From positions 1 to 36,685 of the IMG/VR virus record IMGVR_UViG_3300017700_000281: a stretch of 36,685 nt of DNA; one strand, given 5' to 3'. Made by a program: the position numbers and the translations under genes. The notes under the pieces were generated by a model. The model was not told where the DNA came from, did not search any database, and saw only the letters and a program-made list of their open reading frames with translations. Shown one piece after another: positions 18,205 to 26,841 of this stretch. The DNA is from a virus. Taxonomy: Duplodnaviria > Caudoviricetes. How positions within the stretch are numbered: the first letter of the stretch is position 1; each line of letters starts with the position of its first letter.

Positions 18205-19872
18205 TCAAAATATGGCCCCCGTTATCTCGGGGTACTCGCGGTTGACTATAACCTTGATCTTGGCCGGTATGCGAAGGTCAGGGCATAGCTCTAGCAAGTC
18301 GGCGTTGCTGTCTGGCGGTTCGGCCCCGCGTGCTTTCTCTCGTATCCTGTACCAATCCCGACCGCGCTTTGCACGAAGCCCGCCACCTTCAACAGACACG
18401 TATTCAAAGAACGTGTTGCCGTGAACGTAGTACACGACCTTGACCGAAGACGCCCCGGCGCGCGACGTGTGGGCTTGATAGATCACGCGTTGCACGTCGT
18501 ATTCGCGTTCGTCGGGCGTCGTGTCGAGTGCTGACATAAGCGCAAGTTCGCTCGCAAATGTCTTCAGCTTTTCTTGTCTCGGGAAGACGACGCCGCAATT
18601 GCTGCACACGGTCGCGCTTGCATGGTTATACGTTCCGCAGTTGCCGCAAATCCGTATCGGTGCGTCACCCGGCGGGCCGTCGCCTTTTTTCTTCGGTATG
18701 ACAGGATCGTCAATCGGCCCTAGCCGTTCGGTGTTCGCTGCGAAGTCGAGTACAAGGCAATTCAGTTTCTTGTATCTGAAGCCAACCAGGTATTGCTTAG
18801 GGTTGAAGCCGTCGTACGGGCGCGTACCGCGTCCAAGCATTTGTACCCATAGGCCCGGCGACATGGTCGGGCGCAACACGGCTATCAAGTCAATCGGCGG
18901 GTGATCGAACCCGGTAGTTAGAACGTTCTGATTGACGATTGCACGAATACGCCCGGCCTTGAAGTCTTCAATAACCTTGTCGCGTTGCGCGTCCGTCATT
19001 TTCGAGTGAACGGCGGCGGCGGGAATATGGAAGTACGTACGCAGGTCTTCCGCGATATGTTCGGCGTGTTCAACGCCGCTCGCGAATATCAGCCATGACT
19101 TGCGGTCTTGCCCGTGTGTAACGACTTCGCGCAACGCAGCGCGCGTAATCTCTGCCTTATCAATCGAGATTTGCAGTTGCTCTTGATTGTATTCGCCGCC
19201 GACAAGCTTGACGTTAGACAGGTCAAGTTGCGTGTTCGTACGCTTCGGAATGAGCGGCGACATATAGCCTTCCGCTATCAGTCGCGCGAAGCTGTCGCGG
19301 TTGCACAAGTCGTAACAAACGTCAGTGAATATACCGCCGTTCGTCATGTGACCTAGACCAAGCCGGTAAGGCGTAGCGGTCAAGCCCACAATCTTAAGTT
19401 TCTTGTTCGTCTTTTTTAGGTCGCTAATGACGGCTTGGTACGTCGTGTCAGTCTTCGGGCTCAACAAATGGCATTCGTCTATAAACAACAGGTCGCGGTG
19501 TCCAAAGATCGGAAACTTACCTTTGACCGATTGCACGCCGCCGAAGACGATAGGCGACACGTTGTCGTACTGATCTAGGCCCGCGCTGTATATGCCAAGC
19601 GGTGCGTTCGGCCATGCGCGCCTAATCGCGTTCGCGTCTTGCTGTATCAGTTCTTTGACGTGAGTAAGGCCCATTGCGCGCGTCGCCGGGTACAGCGCGA
19701 AAGCCTTACGCATAAACTTAGCAATGACCGCCGACTTGCCCGTACCTGTCGGCATGGCGATAAGCGGGTTGTGTTCGCCGTCCATTCCGGCGGTCGCTTC
19801 AAAGTAGTCAAAGAGGGACTGTACAGCTTCCTCTAAGTACCAACGTTCGTCAAAGGCGGGTTGTACAATCAT
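18205..19872 (-). CDS. Superfamily 2 helicase (RadD/YejH-like) with C-terminal zinc finger
   Basis: PTGTGKS, DECH, TAT, LTTGFD and QMLGRGTR motifs; CGNC...CSNC; ATGA overlap supports a start at 19872. Confidence 0.93.
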   Translation of the reverse strand: MIVQPAFDERWYLEEAVQSLFDYFEATAGMDGEHNPLIAMPTGTGKSAVIAKFMRKAFALYPATRAMGLTHVKELIQQDANAIRRAWPNAPLGIYSAGLDQYDNVSPIVFGGVQSVKGKFPIFGHRDLLFIDECHLLSPKTDTTYQAVISDLKKTNKKLKIVGLTATPYRLGLGHMTNGGIFTDVCYDLCNRDSFARLIAEGYMSPLIPKRTNTQLDLSNVKLVGGEYNQEQLQISIDKAEITRAALREVVTHGQDRKSWLIFASGVEHAEHIAEDLRTYFHIPAAAVHSKMTDAQRDKVIEDFKAGRIRAIVNQNVLTTGFDHPPIDLIAVLRPTMSPGLWVQMLGRGTRPYDGFNPKQYLVGFRYKKLNCLVLDFAANTERLGPIDDPVIPKKKGDGPPGDAPIRICGNCGTYNHASATVCSNCGVVFPRQEKLKTFASELALMSALDTTPDEREYDVQRVIYQAHTSRAGASSVKVVYYVHGNTFFEYVSVEGGGLRAKRGRDWYRIREKARGAEPPDSNADLLELCPDLRIPAKIKVIVNREYPEITGAIF

Positions 19873-20168
19873 AGTTCGGGCTCGGGAAAATTCAGCACGG
19901 CCCAACGTCCATCGCACGCAAGCGCGTAAACGTCGTGCTGTAGCGCGGCGGCGTTTGCTGTCTTGAAGCCGTGCTTAGTGTATCGTAAGCCTTCCTCGCT
20001 ATCAAAGACGGCTTGCCAAGTACGTTTCTTTTCACTGTAGTACACGCCAAGTAAGCAGCCTGTCGCGAGTAAGTCGGCGCGTTCTTCAAGCAGCATTTCA
20101 GCGCGAAGGCAGTAAGCGCACTTCGGCCCGTCTTCCGCTGCAATGTCTTCGCCGCAATCGCACTTCAT
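19869..20168 (-). CDS. AP2-domain DNA-binding protein with short Cys-rich N-terminus
   Basis: GVYY...W.AVF...GFKTANAAALQHD..A....G..AVLNFP matches the AP2/ERF pattern; CDC...CAYC at the N-terminus; ATGA overlaps at both ends. Confidence 0.75.
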   Translation of the reverse strand: MKCDCGEDIAAEDGPKCAYCLRAEMLLEERADLLATGCLLGVYYSEKKRTWQAVFDSEEGLRYTKHGFKTANAAALQHDVYALACDGRWAVLNFPEPEL

Positions 20169-20995
20169 ACAAGGCGTTTCCAATAGTCACACCCGACCGG
20201 GATAATACCGTCAGGGATAAGTTGCCCGTGCAATTCGCAATGCCATTCACCCGCCGCAGCCGGTGCGCCGTGACGACACGAACGGCAGTTCTTTTCGGGT
20301 GCTTCGCCCGAATGACAGATACCGTTGAAGTGACAATACTTGCATTTCCAGAATGTCGGCGTTTCGCTGATTTTCTTTGGCGGCTCGCGCAACCCGATAA
20401 CGTGTTCCATTCGGCGCATGGCGTCTTCAGCCGCGCCAAAATCCAGGTCAACGGGTATCCATTCAATCGCGTCAGTGTCTTTGTTGACGGCGCAATACAG
20501 GCCCTTGTCAGTCTCGTACGACCGCCCGTAAATGCTCATTTGTATGAAGTGTTCGGGCTTGGTCGCAAGCAGGCCGTTGTTGCGAAGGTCATTGAATGAC
20601 TTGTTGTTGTGCGTCTTGAACTCGCCTATAGCGTGCCAGTTCACGCCGGGCGGTTGGACAATGGCGTCAAGCGAGCCGCCGATATGTCCTGACATGTGGG
20701 CAATGCGGTATTGCGTTCCGGTCGCCGGGTTTATGTCCCATACGTTCCAGCCCGCGCCGCGCAACAGGTCAATGAACACTTGTTCTTCGCGGTGTCCCCG
20801 GTTGAACAACCGGCGCATACGGCCTTCGTGCTGTTCAAGCAGTAGCCAACGGTACGTATTCCATAGGTAGCGGGTGCAGTCGCGACCGGCGAGTGACGCG
20901 CCCAAGTGCTTGCGGTGTTCGGCTGGAATGCTAAGGCGCGTGTATGCCTCAACGCTCGCTTCAAGGCTTGCTTTCAGTGCTGCTTTGTCAAACAT
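20165..20995 (-). CDS. Cas4-like PD-(D/E)XK exonuclease
   Basis: HLGAS...C, G-H-x-x-E, GSLDA, EFKT, Q..IY and CKYCHFNGIC Fe-S motif; further Cys cluster at the C-terminus. Confidence 0.88.
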   Translation of the reverse strand: MFDKAALKASLEASVEAYTRLSIPAEHRKHLGASLAGRDCTRYLWNTYRWLLLEQHEGRMRRLFNRGHREEQVFIDLLRGAGWNVWDINPATGTQYRIAHMSGHIGGSLDAIVQPPGVNWHAIGEFKTHNNKSFNDLRNNGLLATKPEHFIQMSIYGRSYETDKGLYCAVNKDTDAIEWIPVDLDFGAAEDAMRRMEHVIGLREPPKKISETPTFWKCKYCHFNGICHSGEAPEKNCRSCRHGAPAAAGEWHCELHGQLIPDGIIPVGCDYWKRLV

Positions 20996-21010
20996 GTCAA
21001 GCCCCGTAAG

Positions 21011-21039
21011 AAAATGGGGGCGAGCGTTAGCCCGCCCCC
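21011..21039 (-). terminator. Rho-independent terminator downstream of the SSB gene and its DIPF extension
   Basis: Minus strand GGGGGCGGGC-TAAC-GCTCGCCCCC followed by ATTTTCTT. Confidence 0.75.
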
Positions 21040-21148
21040 GTGCGGTTAAAATGGAATGTCCATTACCGCGTCTAGTGTCCCGTTCGCGACACCGAAGTAA
21101 TAAGCGGTCATTTTCGCTTGGTACTCGGGTGTGTACGGCGGGGGCTGT

Positions 21149-21781
21149 TTATCGCCCCCAAGGGGCCGCGCCGCCGGGAGCCGCCGGGGCGGGCGTTCCA
21201 GGCCAGCCGCCGCCAGCCGGTGCAGCGGGAGCGCCGCCAGCAGCAGGCCAGCCGCCAGACGCCGGGGGAGGCGGCGGGGGCGGTGCAGGCGGTGACGCCG
21301 GGGGCTGGAAGCCGGGGGCCGGTTGACCGCCGTACGGCTGTTGCGGCGGTTGCGCGGGCGGTTGTCCGCCGCCCTTGACCGGCGTGTTGCCGTTCGCGTC
21401 GAACAGTTTCTTGACTTCGGTGTATTCCGGCGCGTCTTTCTGCGGCCCAATCTCAACACCGAACGGCTTGTTGTGCAGTTCGGCGGTGTTCTGGAACGCC
21501 ATAACGCCGATGCACACGCAGTACCCGGCAAGCCGTTCGTGTGCAATCTCAACCGTCTTCTGATTGACGTTGTGAAGGTTGAGCCGGTCGATATGCTCGC
21601 CGCCGCTCATTGGGCCGTCAATGACCTTGAGCGTAACGGCGAGATAGCCGCCTTGTCCGTCTTTCGTCTGTTCCGGCTTCGTGTCGGAAATGACGACTTT
21701 GTACTTGCCGGGCGGTAGCGACGAACCGCCGCCGAAACTCGGGTTGTACTGTTGCGCGTTGAATGCGAATTGCATTCCCAT
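21149..21781 (-). CDS. Single-stranded DNA-binding protein (DUF669-like)
   Basis: 210 aa from ATG with SD AGAGG; LPPGKYKVVI...GGYL.V...GP...DRLNL OB-fold pattern; long Pro/Gly/Ala tail ending PWGR; next to Sak4-like ATPase and exonuclease. Confidence 0.8.
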   Translation of the reverse strand: MGMQFAFNAQQYNPSFGGGSSLPPGKYKVVISDTKPEQTKDGQGGYLAVTLKVIDGPMSGGEHIDRLNLHNVNQKTVEIAHERLAGYCVCIGVMAFQNTAELHNKPFGVEIGPQKDAPEYTEVKKLFDANGNTPVKGGGQPPAQPPQQPYGGQPAPGFQPPASPPAPPPPPPPASGGWPAAGGAPAAPAGGGWPGTPAPAAPGGAAPWGR

Positions 21782-21797
21782 TGTATTGCCTCTCTTG

Positions 21798-22508
21798 TTA
21801 AGCCGCCGGACTGGCGAGCATTTTTGCAAAGATTGCGGATAGACCCCCGCCGCTCGCCGGGTCCGCATTTTCCCAAACGTTCAACGCGCCGGAACGGTCT
21901 TTCGCTTGGGTGTATTGATCCGGTTGCGTGCGGAGCGCCCGGATAATTTGCCCCGGTTGTTCGCCGGGGAAAGTTTCGAGTTGGAACACGCCGTCAAACC
22001 AATACGGCGCGTTTTCTTCAAGTTGTTTTCCAGGGAATGACGGTTGCGCGTAGCGTGCGCCGGTTTGTCCGTCTGTCGCGTATCCCTGCTTGCAGATAAG
22101 CACGACATGCTTACGCGGTAGGTCGCGGAAGTCTTTGACGATTTGCGTAACAATGTCCGCCATTTCGCCGTAAGCCTTGCGACCGTCTTTGGTCTTGCCC
22201 TTCTGTTCGGCTAGGGCAATCTCTGCAATCTCGCTAAGGCTGTCCAATATGATTGTGTCGAATTGCGCGGCCTTCGGTGTCTCGCAATAGTCGAATGCTT
22301 CGCGAAGCTTGGACAGGCTGTCAATCTTGATAAAGGGCAGGTTGAACCGCCGCAACGACAGCAGCCCGTTTTCAGCCGACAGAAACAGGGGACGGGGCGC
22401 ACTCGCGCCTAGCACGGTCTTACCCTTACCCGACAGGCCGTACACAAGCAGCTTGATACCGTGAGACAAGCCAACGGTATTCGTGCTTTGAATATGTGGG
22501 ATAGCCAT
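21798..22508 (-). CDS. AAA_24 / Sak4-like ATPase (recombinase)
   Basis: LVYGLSGKGKT Walker A, SAENGLLSL, IILDSLSE Walker B, AKDRSG; SD AAAGG. Confidence 0.88.
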   Translation of the reverse strand: MAIPHIQSTNTVGLSHGIKLLVYGLSGKGKTVLGASAPRPLFLSAENGLLSLRRFNLPFIKIDSLSKLREAFDYCETPKAAQFDTIILDSLSEIAEIALAEQKGKTKDGRKAYGEMADIVTQIVKDFRDLPRKHVVLICKQGYATDGQTGARYAQPSFPGKQLEENAPYWFDGVFQLETFPGEQPGQIIRALRTQPDQYTQAKDRSGALNVWENADPASGGGLSAIFAKMLASPAA

Positions 22509-22509
22509 G

Positions 22510-22755
22510 TCAGCCTTTCGGTATGTCGCGGTGCGACTTGTACATACGCCCCATGTCGTCAAAGGCTGGCGTAATGCCCTCAACCTCGTCAACGCTTACG
22601 TTCGGGGCCGTCGTACCGTTGCGTGACATGGCAATGAAGCCCGAACCGTGTTGGGCGTACACACGCCCCTTGCGTTCGTAAAGCTTCGCCTGCTTGTACA
22701 CCCCTCGCGACCGCAGGATTGCGAACGCGTCGTCAATGACATGAAACAGCGCCAT
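22510..22755 (-). CDS. Hypothetical protein
   Basis: 81 aa; SD GGGGG; fills the operon gap exactly. Confidence 0.7.
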   Translation of the reverse strand: MALFHVIDDAFAILRSRGVYKQAKLYERKGRVYAQHGSGFIAMSRNGTTAPNVSVDEVEGITPAFDDMGRMYKSHRDIPKG

Positions 22756-22767
22756 TGTATCCCCCGG

Positions 22768-23271
22768 TTACTTGCCTTTCGGCGCTTTAATTTCCAGCTT
22801 CGGCGCGGCGTCTTTCGTCGTCAGAATGCTGTCGTACAGTTTCTTGACGGCGGCGTGTGTCGGGTTGGCAAGGTCAAGTTTCTTGTATTCCGACTTGGAC
22901 GGCTCGCACTTCCATTTGAACAGGCGGTCAGCCAAAAATTGACCTTCGTTGCCTGTCTTGGCAATCTCGTCTTCAACCTTGGCGATTGCGTCGCGCGACA
23001 GCGTCGCCGGGAAGACGTATTCAACCTCGCGTACGAACTTCAGTTCGTAACCTTTGCCAAGGTCAAGCTTGTTCGTACCTTCCTTCGCGTCAGGGAATGC
23101 GAGCGCGGCAATCGTCTTCCGCAGTTCCATTTCGTTAGCCTTGGCCGTGTCAAGCGCGGTCTTGCTTGCTTCCCATGCCATAAGCAGGCGGTCGCGGTGT
23201 TGTTCGGCTGTCTCGCCCCAAAGCTGTTTATACGCGTCAGGTACGACGAAAACGGCGTTTTGTTCGGTCAT
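22768..23271 (-). CDS. Hypothetical protein, first gene of the leftward replication operon
   Basis: 167 aa; SD AAGGGA; coiled-coil N-terminus and EGTNKLDLGKGYELK segment. Confidence 0.75.
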   Translation of the reverse strand: MTEQNAVFVVPDAYKQLWGETAEQHRDRLLMAWEASKTALDTAKANEMELRKTIAALAFPDAKEGTNKLDLGKGYELKFVREVEYVFPATLSRDAIAKVEDEIAKTGNEGQFLADRLFKWKCEPSKSEYKKLDLANPTHAAVKKLYDSILTTKDAAPKLEIKAPKGK

Positions 23272-23414
23272 TTCCAGGTAGTCCCTTTGTTGTGCATAAC
23301 GACGGAAACATGCCGCCCCGTGTTTGTCAATCCCCGGCTAGGCCGATTTTAGGACTAGACAAGGCCCGCTTTTTGCTTTCTTCGTACGTTAAGTGACAGG
23401 CCAGGGGTCGGAAA
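23272..23414. promoter_or_regulatory. Divergent promoter region
   Basis: Intergenic gap between oppositely oriented operons; TTGACA on the minus strand at 23330-23325; no convincing -10 at standard spacing. Confidence 0.5.
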
Positions 23415-23621
23415 TTGCAACAACTGCCCACAAGCAAGCTGTATGCCGCCGCGCGTACCGCATTAGACAAACGACCGCGAACGCTGACGTTACCTGCGAT
23501 ATCCGAACAGACGGGCCTTGAATACCGTTGGCTGAAGCGTTTCCGCCAATACAAGCGCCCGTGCGTGCATCGCACCGAACGGCTGTACGTCTTCCTGACC
23601 GGCAACGAATTGGTATTGTAA
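23415..23621 (+). CDS. Small HTH DNA-binding protein (Cro-like)
   Basis: 68 aa; TLPAISEQTGLEYRWLKRF helix-turn-helix and P...RTERLY ending; TTG start with SD AGGGG. Confidence 0.65.
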   Translation: MQQLPTSKLYAAARTALDKRPRTLTLPAISEQTGLEYRWLKRFRQYKRPCVHRTERLYVFLTGNELVL

Positions 23622-25943
23622 GTGTACAACAACATTCCGCACGAATTGCGGTTGTTGCGACAATGGGTTGTCTGGCGGTTTGAACACGTTAAGAACCAAG
23701 CCAAGCTTACCAAAGTCCCATACAACCCGCTGACTAACCGTCACGCAAGCAGCACTGACGCGCGTACATGGTCAGACTTTGACGCCTGCCTTGCGGCGGT
23801 TATGGCGCGTGTCGGTTGGGACGGCTTAGGCTACGTGCTGTCGTCTGAAGACCCTTACACCTTCGTTGACCTTGACCCTGTACGCGACGACGACGGCAAC
23901 CGCATTGACGCGCCGCATATCGAGAAGCGACAGACAGAGATATTTCGCGAACTCAACTCATACAGCGAGTTGAGCCCGTCAGGGGCGGGGCTGCACATTA
24001 TCGTACGCGGGACAGTACCGCAGGGACGTAAACGCGACTTCGTTGAAGTGTATTCAAGCGGTCGCTTTATGACCATGACGGGGAACGTATATTACCCGTC
24101 AGCCATTGAACCGCGCCAACCCGAACTTGACCGGCTCTGGCAATCGCTCGCGAAGACAGACGGCATTGACTTTACAGGCGGACAAGACAGGCCGCAGACT
24201 GCCGACGACATGACCGTGTACGCAATGGCGCAACAAGCGGCCAACGCGCAAAAGTTCAACGACCTATGGTCGGGCAACTGGCAACAGTATTACACGTCGC
24301 AGTCAGAAGCCGACTTTGCGCTGATTGATATACTCGGGTTCTTCACGCACAACCGCGCCCAAATCAAGCGCATGTTCCGGCTTTCCAGGTTGGGCGAACG
24401 CGCCAAGGCCGCACGCGAAGACTACGTTGATAAAATGGTATTGGCTGCGGAAGACCGCCGCCCGCCGACACTCGACTTTGCACAAACCGCACGCGTTGCC
24501 GAGATTATGCGCGCGGCCAAGACACAAGAGCCTGTACCCGAAACCGACACCGGCATGATTGAACCGGGGACAGTCGAGACACAAGCGCCGCCCCGCTTTG
24601 ATTGGATTGCACCGCCGGGCCTAATCGGTGAAATGGCCGAATTTATATACGCCGCCTCGCCGCGCCCCGTGAAACAGATTGCACTAGCCGCAGCCGTCGC
24701 CATGTTCGCCGGGATTGTGGGCAGAGCATGGAACGTAAGCGGGACAGGGCTTAACCTGTACCTTATGCTGATCGCGCCGACCGGGACAGGTAAGGAAGCA
24801 ATCAGCAGCGGCATTGACAAGCTGTTCAACCGCGTAACGCAGACGATTAAAGGCGCTGACGAGTTTATCGGCCCCGGTGACTTTGCATCGGCGCAAGCAC
24901 TTATCAAAGCCCTTGTACGCTCGCCGTCGTGCGTTGTCGTCTCGGGTGAATTTGGCTTGCGAATGCAGCAAATGGCGAGCAAGCACGCAAGCAGCGTTGA
25001 CGTTGGTATCAAGCGTATGTTGCTTGACCTGTATAACAAGAGCGGCGCGGGCCAATCAATCAAGCCGATTGTGTACAGCGATAAGGACAAGAATACGACG
25101 CTGATACGTTCGCCCGCCCTGACCATGATTGGCGAGACAACCCCAAGCACATTGTACAGCGCGCTTGACGAAAGCCTGATTGCAGACGGCCTGTTGCCTC
25201 GCTTCCTAACTACCGAATACACCGGCCCGCGTCCCCCGCTCAACGAAGCACACGGCGCACAAATCCCGCCCGATTGGCTGATACAGCGCCTAGCCGAAGT
25301 ATGCCACTACTCGATTAGCCTTATGGCGCAAGGTGCAGTCGTCAACGTTGACTTCACCGCCGAAGGTAAGGTTGTGTCGTCACGCTTTGACAAGTACGCA
25401 GACAGCCAAATCAACAGCACAAGCTTAGACGTGAACCGCCAGCTATGGAACAGGGCGCACGTCAAGGCGCTGAAGCTGGCGGCGCTTGTTGCTGTCGGTA
25501 TTCATCCGTACACGCCGGTCATTGACGAACACTGTATGCAATGGGCGTGTGATATCGTACACAACGAAATTGTCGCGCTGCTTGGCCGATTTGATCGCGG
25601 CGAGATTGGACGCGAAGACGGCAACGAACAGGCGCAACTTGAATACGTCAAGAGCAAGATAGCGGAATACATGCAAGCGCCTTATGAGAAGGTCGCGAAG
25701 TACGACGCACGCCAGACACTACACGCCGCCGGGGTCATTGAACAAGGCTACCTGTCGCGCCGCTGCTTGCAGGTTGCAGCCTTCCGCAATGATCGTATCG
25801 GCGCAACCGCTGCACTTAAGCGAGCCGTGCAAAACCTGCTTGACGGCGATATCATACGTGAAGTCGCCAAGCCCGTAATGCTTGAACAGCACGGCACATA
25901 CAGCAAAGCGTACGTCGTCGTAAGGCCGGAAGTATTCAGGTGA
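23622..25943 (+). CDS. Primase-polymerase / helicase fusion (NrS-1-like PrimPol + DUF3987-like P-loop domain)
   Basis: NIPHELR..RQWVVW, KVPY, FVDLD, ELSPSGAGLH, EVYSSGRFMTMTG, SQSEADFAL; C-terminal APTGTGKE and DGLLPRF. Confidence 0.9.
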   Translation: MYNNIPHELRLLRQWVVWRFEHVKNQAKLTKVPYNPLTNRHASSTDARTWSDFDACLAAVMARVGWDGLGYVLSSEDPYTFVDLDPVRDDDGNRIDAPHIEKRQTEIFRELNSYSELSPSGAGLHIIVRGTVPQGRKRDFVEVYSSGRFMTMTGNVYYPSAIEPRQPELDRLWQSLAKTDGIDFTGGQDRPQTADDMTVYAMAQQAANAQKFNDLWSGNWQQYYTSQSEADFALIDILGFFTHNRAQIKRMFRLSRLGERAKAAREDYVDKMVLAAEDRRPPTLDFAQTARVAEIMRAAKTQEPVPETDTGMIEPGTVETQAPPRFDWIAPPGLIGEMAEFIYAASPRPVKQIALAAAVAMFAGIVGRAWNVSGTGLNLYLMLIAPTGTGKEAISSGIDKLFNRVTQTIKGADEFIGPGDFASAQALIKALVRSPSCVVVSGEFGLRMQQMASKHASSVDVGIKRMLLDLYNKSGAGQSIKPIVYSDKDKNTTLIRSPALTMIGETTPSTLYSALDESLIADGLLPRFLTTEYTGPRPPLNEAHGAQIPPDWLIQRLAEVCHYSISLMAQGAVVNVDFTAEGKVVSSRFDKYADSQINSTSLDVNRQLWNRAHVKALKLAALVAVGIHPYTPVIDEHCMQWACDIVHNEIVALLGRFDRGEIGREDGNEQAQLEYVKSKIAEYMQAPYEKVAKYDARQTLHAAGVIEQGYLSRRCLQVAAFRNDRIGATAALKRAVQNLLDGDIIREVAKPVMLEQHGTYSKAYVVVRPEVFR

Positions 25944-26605
25944 AGGGCGGGCGCAACCTTCGTGCAATGTACGAACGCGCCGACGCAGACGACCGCCGCG
26001 AAGGGCTGCTTGCATACGCCAGGTACAACCAGGTTATGCGCGAGTTTGCCGAACACTACGGCATTGACCTAGAGCGCACGACAGCGGCCTTTGTCGCCCT
26101 GTCCCCAAACAACGATTACTTCGGCAATCTCCGCAGCCTGGCGAGCGTGCTACAGGGCGCGCGTGAATGCAGGCCCCCGGAACGCGTGACCGTCTCGACA
26201 TACGGCCATTGCAAGCGCCGGGCGCTCGCCTATGCGAAGGGCGAAGCGTCATTTGTGGGAACCGTACGCGGGCTCAAGATCAGAAGCTTTTACTTCAACA
26301 TACTTGACCCGACAGACCCGCAACCCGTGACGATTGACGGACATATGAAGGCCGCATACCTCGCGCGCAAAATGACCATGCGCCAGGCGATTGTAAAAAG
26401 CCGGGCCGAATACGAGCGAATTGCAGCCGCTGCTAAACGGATTGCTAACACCGAAGGGCTAGTACCGAACCAACTTCAGGCAATCATATGGTTTGCACGT
26501 AAGCGCACGGAACGTATCAAATACGACGGACAATACGACATGTTCCGCCCCGCCGACGACCTTTGGCGTACAATCGTGCGAGTACACGAAGCCCCGCCGT
26601 ATTAA
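25940..26605 (+). CDS. Conserved phage protein with probable DNA-glycosylase-like helical fold (DUF7178-like)
   Basis: ALSPNN...N, KIRSFYFNI, VTIDGHM, Y..I..A and QAIIW motifs; GTGA overlap with the primase. Family assignment is from memory. Confidence 0.55.
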   Translation: MKGGRNLRAMYERADADDRREGLLAYARYNQVMREFAEHYGIDLERTTAAFVALSPNNDYFGNLRSLASVLQGARECRPPERVTVSTYGHCKRRALAYAKGEASFVGTVRGLKIRSFYFNILDPTDPQPVTIDGHMKAAYLARKMTMRQAIVKSRAEYERIAAAAKRIANTEGLVPNQLQAIIWFARKRTERIKYDGQYDMFRPADDLWRTIVRVHEAPPY

Positions 26606-26640
26606 CGGTTTGTTGGCATTTGTCGTGCATAGTACCCATT

Positions 26641-26841
26641 ATGAGCACGTTCGGTAAGAAAGACCGCAGAGACTTTACAGCCGCCGATAACGCGACGCTT
26701 GCTGTATCCGCCATGCTTGGCGCTGAAGTCCGTAACAAGCGGATTGCCCACACTGAAGCGCGCAAACGCATGTACGCAGCTATTACAGGGCTGCTGATCG
26801 CTGCAATTTATTTGTCGGCGCATTTCGCCTTCGGTTGGTAA
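26641..26841 (+). CDS. Small protein with C-terminal TM helix
   Basis: 66 aa; ends in AAITGLLIAAIYLSAHFAFGW; weak SD. Confidence 0.5.
   Translation: MSTFGKKDRRDFTAADNATLAVSAMLGAEVRNKRIAHTEARKRMYAAITGLLIAAIYLSAHFAFGW

Noticed and set aside
20165-20995. Cas4-like gene as a sign of a CRISPR system
   Set aside because: No repeat-spacer array or other cas genes seen; solo Cas4-like nucleases are common in phage Sak4/SSB recombination modules.
21161-21552. ORF-track 168-aa ORF 21046-21552 as a full independent gene
   Set aside because: The upstream part is an Arg-rich alternate-frame reading of the Pro/Gly SSB tail; only the last 36 codons look meaningful (see frameshift finding).
23415-23621. 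HTH gene as evidence of a lysogeny switch
   Set aside because: No integrase, CI-like repressor with peptidase domain, or partition genes seen in the window.
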